Source: Pseudomonadota bacterium
GTDB taxonomy: Bacteria; Campylobacterota; Campylobacteria; Campylobacterales; Sulfurimonadaceae
Direction of reading: 5' to 3'
Assembly: GCA_043797085.1 (NCBI GenBank)
Contig: JAZDQA010000011.1
Coordinates: forward strand, 96,001-160,000
Length of the DNA stretch: 64,000 nucleotides
The notes under the pieces were generated by a model. It was not told the origin of the DNA, made no database searches, and saw nothing but the letters and a program-made list of their open reading frames with translations. Position numbers and translations under genes: made by a program. This document shows, piece by piece, positions 59,751 through 64,000 of the stretch; position 1 is the stretch's first letter, and each line of letters begins with the position of its first letter.

Positions 59751-59821
59751 CTCGCTCCCATGCTCCAGTTTGGGAGTGTATACCATTAGTCTGCACTCTC
59801 TGTGAGGAAGTTGGGAACGAG
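59751..59821. repeat. REP-like palindromic element copy 1 (degenerate)
   Basis: CTCGCTCCCA...TGGGAGTG.ATAC...TGGGAACGAG. Confidence 0.8.
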
Positions 59822-60006
59822 AGAAGGGAGAAAAAAATTTGAATACTTTTGGGTTATAGTTATCACCTGACTCTTATTTTTCAATACAGGATAAATAATA
59901 AATTTAGTATTTGTTTAAGAATTTTATGGATACAATAGTCCTACATTTTTTAACATTATTGAATTTAAAAGTGTTAAAAACTTGAAGTCTGCTTGGAGGC
60001 TTTACT

Positions 60007-60273
60007 ATGAATACATTAAAGTGGTTTACGTGTTTAGAACATTACAATGGACGAAATGAAGTTGCAAAGATGTTCATGAATGGTGCATGGAGAATTGATT
60101 TTAATGAGAATAGTCCGACATTTATGTGTTATTCTGAGCGTGAATGCCATCAATGCCCGAATTACTCTCACGACCCTTGCTTATGCTCCCTTGAAAGTAC
60201 CGAAAAGATTAGTCAACCTCTTTATCATGAACAGATGTTGATGTATTGTGCGGAATTTTCCGAATTGTGTTGA
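60007..60273 (+). CDS. Cys-rich hypothetical protein
   Basis: GGAGG RBS; CHQC..CLC. Confidence 0.6.
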   Translation: MNTLKWFTCLEHYNGRNEVAKMFMNGAWRIDFNENSPTFMCYSERECHQCPNYSHDPCLCSLESTEKISQPLYHEQMLMYCAEFSELC

Positions 60274-60384
60274 ACTTTTCGTTGAACTGTATTGATAATA
60301 TCTATTTTAAAATATAATTTTTATAAGAACATATAATGCATATCACTAAGAATTACCTATTTAATTCAAGTGTAGGAGTGTGTG

Positions 60385-60774
60385 ATGGCAGTTCTAATTA
60401 CCGACTTATGTATAAACTGTGACGCGTGTATCGATGAGTGTCCTGCGACAGCTATCGTCAGTGCCGATGATTCCCCGCTAAGCGGTGGTGAATACACTTA
60501 CGTTAAGCCCGAAAAATGTATCGAATGTGTCGATTCGGCAGTACCGAAATGTGCCGATGTGTGTCCTACTGAGGGGTGTATCGTGTGGGATATGCCTTAT
60601 ACAGCCGAATACAACGACTATTTTGTAAACAGTGGCGAGTATATGATCCGCGTCCATAAGAGTAAAGGGCTTATGTCGCCCGAAGTGAGTCCGATGCCGT
60701 GGCGGGAGAGTATCAGCATGGAGCAAAGAGCAGGGCGTGTGAGTGTCGGGGAGACGTTGAGGCTTTATAATTAG
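60385..60774 (+). CDS. 2x[4Fe-4S] ferredoxin
   Basis: CINCDACIDECP and CIECV....CADVCP. Confidence 0.92.
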   Translation: MAVLITDLCINCDACIDECPATAIVSADDSPLSGGEYTYVKPEKCIECVDSAVPKCADVCPTEGCIVWDMPYTAEYNDYFVNSGEYMIRVHKSKGLMSPEVSPMPWRESISMEQRAGRVSVGETLRLYN

Positions 60775-60818
60775 AAAATTAGCCTATCCCAAATGGCACT
60801 TACTTAAGCTTTTAAACC

Positions 60819-61547
60819 TTATTTTGGAAAAGGGAACATCATCCGAACCCGTTGTTGGTACTCTCGGTAGGTATCCCCTAACTCTGCTATCAAATCTCTC
60901 TCCTCAAACCAAAGCCCGACAAAAATATAAATCGTAAGAGTGGATGAGAGCATCAAGTGTGAATAGGACATAGTCGGTGTAATCCATAGTCCGATAAGCA
61001 CTCCCAATTGGATCGGATGGCGTACTGCCTTATAAAACAGTTTCTCTTTGAACTCGATAGCGGGAGATGGTTTGTTAAGCAAATTTAGATAGATTTGCTG
61101 TAAACCGAAAAGTTCGAAATGGTTGATAATAAACGTCGAAAAGAGCGAAAAAGTCCAGCCGAAAAGATACCCTGCGGTTAATAAGGTTCTGCCTACTTCA
61201 TTATCCACGTGCCATAACCCCCCCTCCAATGGTTGCCAATACAGACAGATTAATCCCAACGCTACCCCCGAAAAGAGGACATAGGTACTTCTTTCTGCGG
61301 CGATAGGGATAACTTTGGTCAGATATTTTTTAAAGAGCGAGCGAGCCATTAGTGAGTGTTGCAGAGAAAACAGTAAAACCAAAGCGAGATTGATGCTCAG
61401 GGCAGTTACTAACGGCACAGGATGGTACGAGTTGATGGTAGTTGGCATAAACTTCCACTCACCGATATAGAAAATAAACCACATTTGAGCGATCAGCGCA
61501 AGTGTATAGGCAAATATTCCATAAATAAAAATAATGCTTCTACTCAT
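60819..61547 (-). CDS. mddA: Methanethiol S-methyltransferase-like (MddA/ICMT family)
   Basis: LQHSLMAR, ERSTYVL, INHFELFGLQQ, VRHPI.LG, EERDL. Confidence 0.78.
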   Translation of the reverse strand: MSRSIIFIYGIFAYTLALIAQMWFIFYIGEWKFMPTTINSYHPVPLVTALSINLALVLLFSLQHSLMARSLFKKYLTKVIPIAAERSTYVLFSGVALGLICLYWQPLEGGLWHVDNEVGRTLLTAGYLFGWTFSLFSTFIINHFELFGLQQIYLNLLNKPSPAIEFKEKLFYKAVRHPIQLGVLIGLWITPTMSYSHLMLSSTLTIYIFVGLWFEERDLIAELGDTYREYQQRVRMMFPFPK

Positions 61548-61624
61548 ACCGTATTATCCTTTTTTCTTTTAATGGTCTTTGTGAGTATAGCCTAAAAGTG
61601 TAGGGGGGATAGTAGAGTTCTCTC

Positions 61625-62089
61625 TTAATTTACGGTGAATTTCTGTCTCGTGACGATTCCCCAGTACGGATCGTCGTAGCACTCTTCAGTATACGCTGTT
61701 TCGTTAAAAGAGCTTATGGTTTTACGCCAAAACGCGGTGGCGTACTCAGCCCCCTGAATCTGTTTGATCTCCCACTCTCCGTGGTAACTTTTCCAGATGA
61801 CGTGGGCAAACTCCATTCCGATACCGTTCTTTCTAAAACGGGGTGCAACGTAAAACTCACATACTTCATAGGGCTGAGACACTTTACAGCGGATCGCGGT
61901 GATTCCGGCAGGGGTATTGTCGATCACGAGTAAAAAGCCTAGCGTATCGTCTCCTAGATGGGTATCGAGTTCGAACAGACCCGAAGCGTTTGGTTTTTTA
62001 CCCGTGATAGGTGAGAACTCAGCTTCATAGGATTGTATGAGATTGTGATAGATAGGGGAATTGGTTTCGGTAACAGGGGTGATTTTCAT
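61625..62089 (-). CDS. GNAT acetyltransferase
   Basis: EFYVAPRFRKNGIG, A..FWRK. Confidence 0.85.
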   Translation of the reverse strand: MKITPVTETNSPIYHNLIQSYEAEFSPITGKKPNASGLFELDTHLGDDTLGFLLVIDNTPAGITAIRCKVSQPYEVCEFYVAPRFRKNGIGMEFAHVIWKSYHGEWEIKQIQGAEYATAFWRKTISSFNETAYTEECYDDPYWGIVTRQKFTVN

Positions 62090-62224
62090 AGGATTTAGTA
62101 GGTGCTTTTTTTTGCGAATTGTAGCACAACTATAGCTTGGGAATGAGTAAACAAGGGAAAAGTTGAGAAGTTTTTGGATTGATTTTGTATAATGATTTGA
62201 ATAAATTGAATAAAGATTATTGAA

Positions 62225-62470
62225 ATGCAGCAAATTAACTGGAATAAATTTAAATTTTATAAACAAGAACGATCATCCCAGCTAGGAATGGATAATTTTC
62301 AGTTATTGATCGAGTTCATTCGTGGGTATTACCATATTGTGAATCTTGATGATATCTTTGATATTCTTGAGAATGATGATCTTTCACGTCAAATGTTAGA
62401 GAAGAGGGAGATTAAAAACTCTCTCAATTTGGAAAATTATCTGTACCGTTTACAGTTATCGGCAAAGTAA
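62225..62470 (+). CDS. Hypothetical protein
   Basis: 81-aa ORF with coding-like composition. Confidence 0.6.
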   Translation: MQQINWNKFKFYKQERSSQLGMDNFQLLIEFIRGYYHIVNLDDIFDILENDDLSRQMLEKREIKNSLNLENYLYRLQLSAK

Positions 62471-62539
62471 TCTGAAAAAGATATTATTTATTTCTTCGAT
62501 CCTGCCGTAAATCTTTTCGATCACGAGCTCTGTCTTTTT

Positions 62540-62610
62540 CTCGCTCCCAAGCTCCAGCTTGGGAGTGTGTACCATTAGTATGCATTCCCACTCAGGAGAG
62601 TGGGAACGAG
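62540..62610. repeat. REP-like palindromic element copy 2 (two inverted hairpins)
   Basis: CTCCCAAGCT-CC-AGCTTGGGAG and TTCCCACTC-AGGA-GAGTGGGAA. Confidence 0.85.
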
Positions 62611-62642
62611 GAAAATGGCCTGTTCCATTTTTTTCTTTTTTC

Positions 62643-63635
62643 TTAATTTTCTATTTTCTGAGGAATTGAAACTAAGACACATAACCCAGTTCCTTCATTT
62701 ACCCACTGATTACATGATATTGTAATTATTTTTTTGTCTTTAGTGATATCGAGGTAATATTTTGCTCCTACAACAAAAATAGCATGTTCCCTTATTTCAA
62801 CTTCCCCGTCGCATCGTAAGTAAAATTTGAATCCATCAGTAGGCTGAAGAGCTTTAAATTGGATAAGAGACCAATGGTCAGTCCCAAATTCAGTAACTTT
62901 TAATTCTACATCAAGATGATTTTTACTATCACCGAAATCTTTTATTGGAATTGTTGCAACACTTGCTATATCTCCACCATTATTCGTTTCTTTTAATTGT
63001 GGTTTTTCATAAAATTTTCGTACACCTTCAGGATCACTAACGGCCACATATGAACAGAATGAATCACCTCCATCAGGTTGTTCAAAGCCGATTGTAATGT
63101 CGTTGTAACCTTCGGAGCTAGGATATAATCTATAGCTGTACATGGCGTCCACAGCGATTTTTCCTTTAGATGAGTCAAAATATGCATGCGAAGTTATTTG
63201 ATAATTACTTCGGACGTTTTTATGTCCAATTTCTAAAGTTTTATCAATAAAATATCCGTAATAATTCCCAATATTTGGGTATTGATTTTTTTCACTTATA
63301 GATGGTTGAATCAGTGATTTTAATGCTTCTTTTTTTCCTTCAGGATCAATATTTGCAAGAAAATTGCGACGAACAACTATGTCTTCAAGTAGACTTTGAA
63401 TCTTTTCAATGAATCCAGATGTTCCTGAAGCAAAAGAAAAAATAGCAGCAATAATAACTGAAAGACCTATTGCTTCAATAGATTTTATAAATATGGAGAG
63501 AGAATAAGTTCTTGAAGTTGATGGATAATGAAGATCTAGTATAATTGAAATCAGTAATAGGAGAATACCTATCCAAACATAATTAATGAAGAATCTTTCA
63601 AGCCAATGGAATGTTTTCGTTATTGATTCGTTCAT
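62643..63635 (-). CDS. Hypothetical 2-TM protein with large soluble domain
   Basis: 330 aa, two N-terminal TMs, AT-rich. Confidence 0.75.
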   Translation of the reverse strand: MNESITKTFHWLERFFINYVWIGILLLLISIILDLHYPSTSRTYSLSIFIKSIEAIGLSVIIAAIFSFASGTSGFIEKIQSLLEDIVVRRNFLANIDPEGKKEALKSLIQPSISEKNQYPNIGNYYGYFIDKTLEIGHKNVRSNYQITSHAYFDSSKGKIAVDAMYSYRLYPSSEGYNDITIGFEQPDGGDSFCSYVAVSDPEGVRKFYEKPQLKETNNGGDIASVATIPIKDFGDSKNHLDVELKVTEFGTDHWSLIQFKALQPTDGFKFYLRCDGEVEIREHAIFVVGAKYYLDITKDKKIITISCNQWVNEGTGLCVLVSIPQKIEN

Positions 63636-63783
63636 ATACTTACCTTGTAAAAATTAAAATATGTTATTGTACTATATATTTCAGAGAAGATGGCATATAA
63701 AGATAAAATGTTTGAATAAAAAAAAGCTTTTGATAGGCAGTTTGCTGCGCGTGGGCATTCCGCCGATGAAAACTCAGCGTTTT

Positions 63784-63890
63784 CTCGCTCCTAAGCTCCA
63801 GCTTGGGAGTGTATACCATTTTCTTGCTCCCACTCTCCTGAGTGGGAGTGTCTATACGGTACGCATTCCCACTTGGAAAGTGGGAACGAG
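63784..63890. repeat. REP-like palindromic element copy 3 (three hairpins)
   Basis: Same CTCGCTCC and GGGAACGAG termini with an extra internal unit. Confidence 0.85.
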
Positions 63891-64000
63891 GGATAGAATA
63901 TTTTATTGGCGTCTTACTATCTCTAATGCATCAGGATCGGTAGTGTTATTTTCAATGTAATTTTTGATTAAAGATCTATTTGATGAAATAATTTTACCCC

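Noticed and set aside
59751..63890. CRISPR array
   Set aside because: The repeats are dispersed kilobases apart, inverted and variable, with no regular spacers or cas genes
63661..63960. 99-aa ORF (likewise 59529-59789)
   Set aside because: Translation runs through the REP-like repeat; likely spurious

Overview
AT-rich bacterial chromosome segment; the gene content suggests Campylobacterota, possibly a Sulfuricurvum-like organism (inference). It has three parts. (1) 1-7110 is the right end of a contractile-tail prophage: tape measure, P2-like GpU/X/D, a lysis module and a tyrosine integrase. (2) About 7111-33021 is a second integrated element of about 26 kb. It is bounded by two identical 45-bp 3' halves of a CAT-anticodon tRNA and has its own related integrase, Xis/AlpA, replication initiator and CI-like repressor, so it looks satellite-like. 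It is packed with defence genes: an SNF2 helicase plus a sacsin/NOV-like ATPase pair, and a type I RM operon. The hsdS-hsdR gap of that operon holds membrane proteins flanked by duplicated hsdS 3' ends, a patatin plus CD-NTase(AGS-C) CBASS, and an Abi-like HEPN gene with a structured RNA-like leader. (3) 33030-64000 is host chromosome: hemH, c-di-GMP signalling genes, an HsbR/HsbA-like partner switch, a haem-c chemoreceptor, pgaBCD without pgaA, an encapsulin-ferritin operon, wrbA, mddA-like and REP-like palindromic repeats. Several small ORFs missing from the ORF track were found by hand. All family assignments come from motif recognition by eye; no searches were run.
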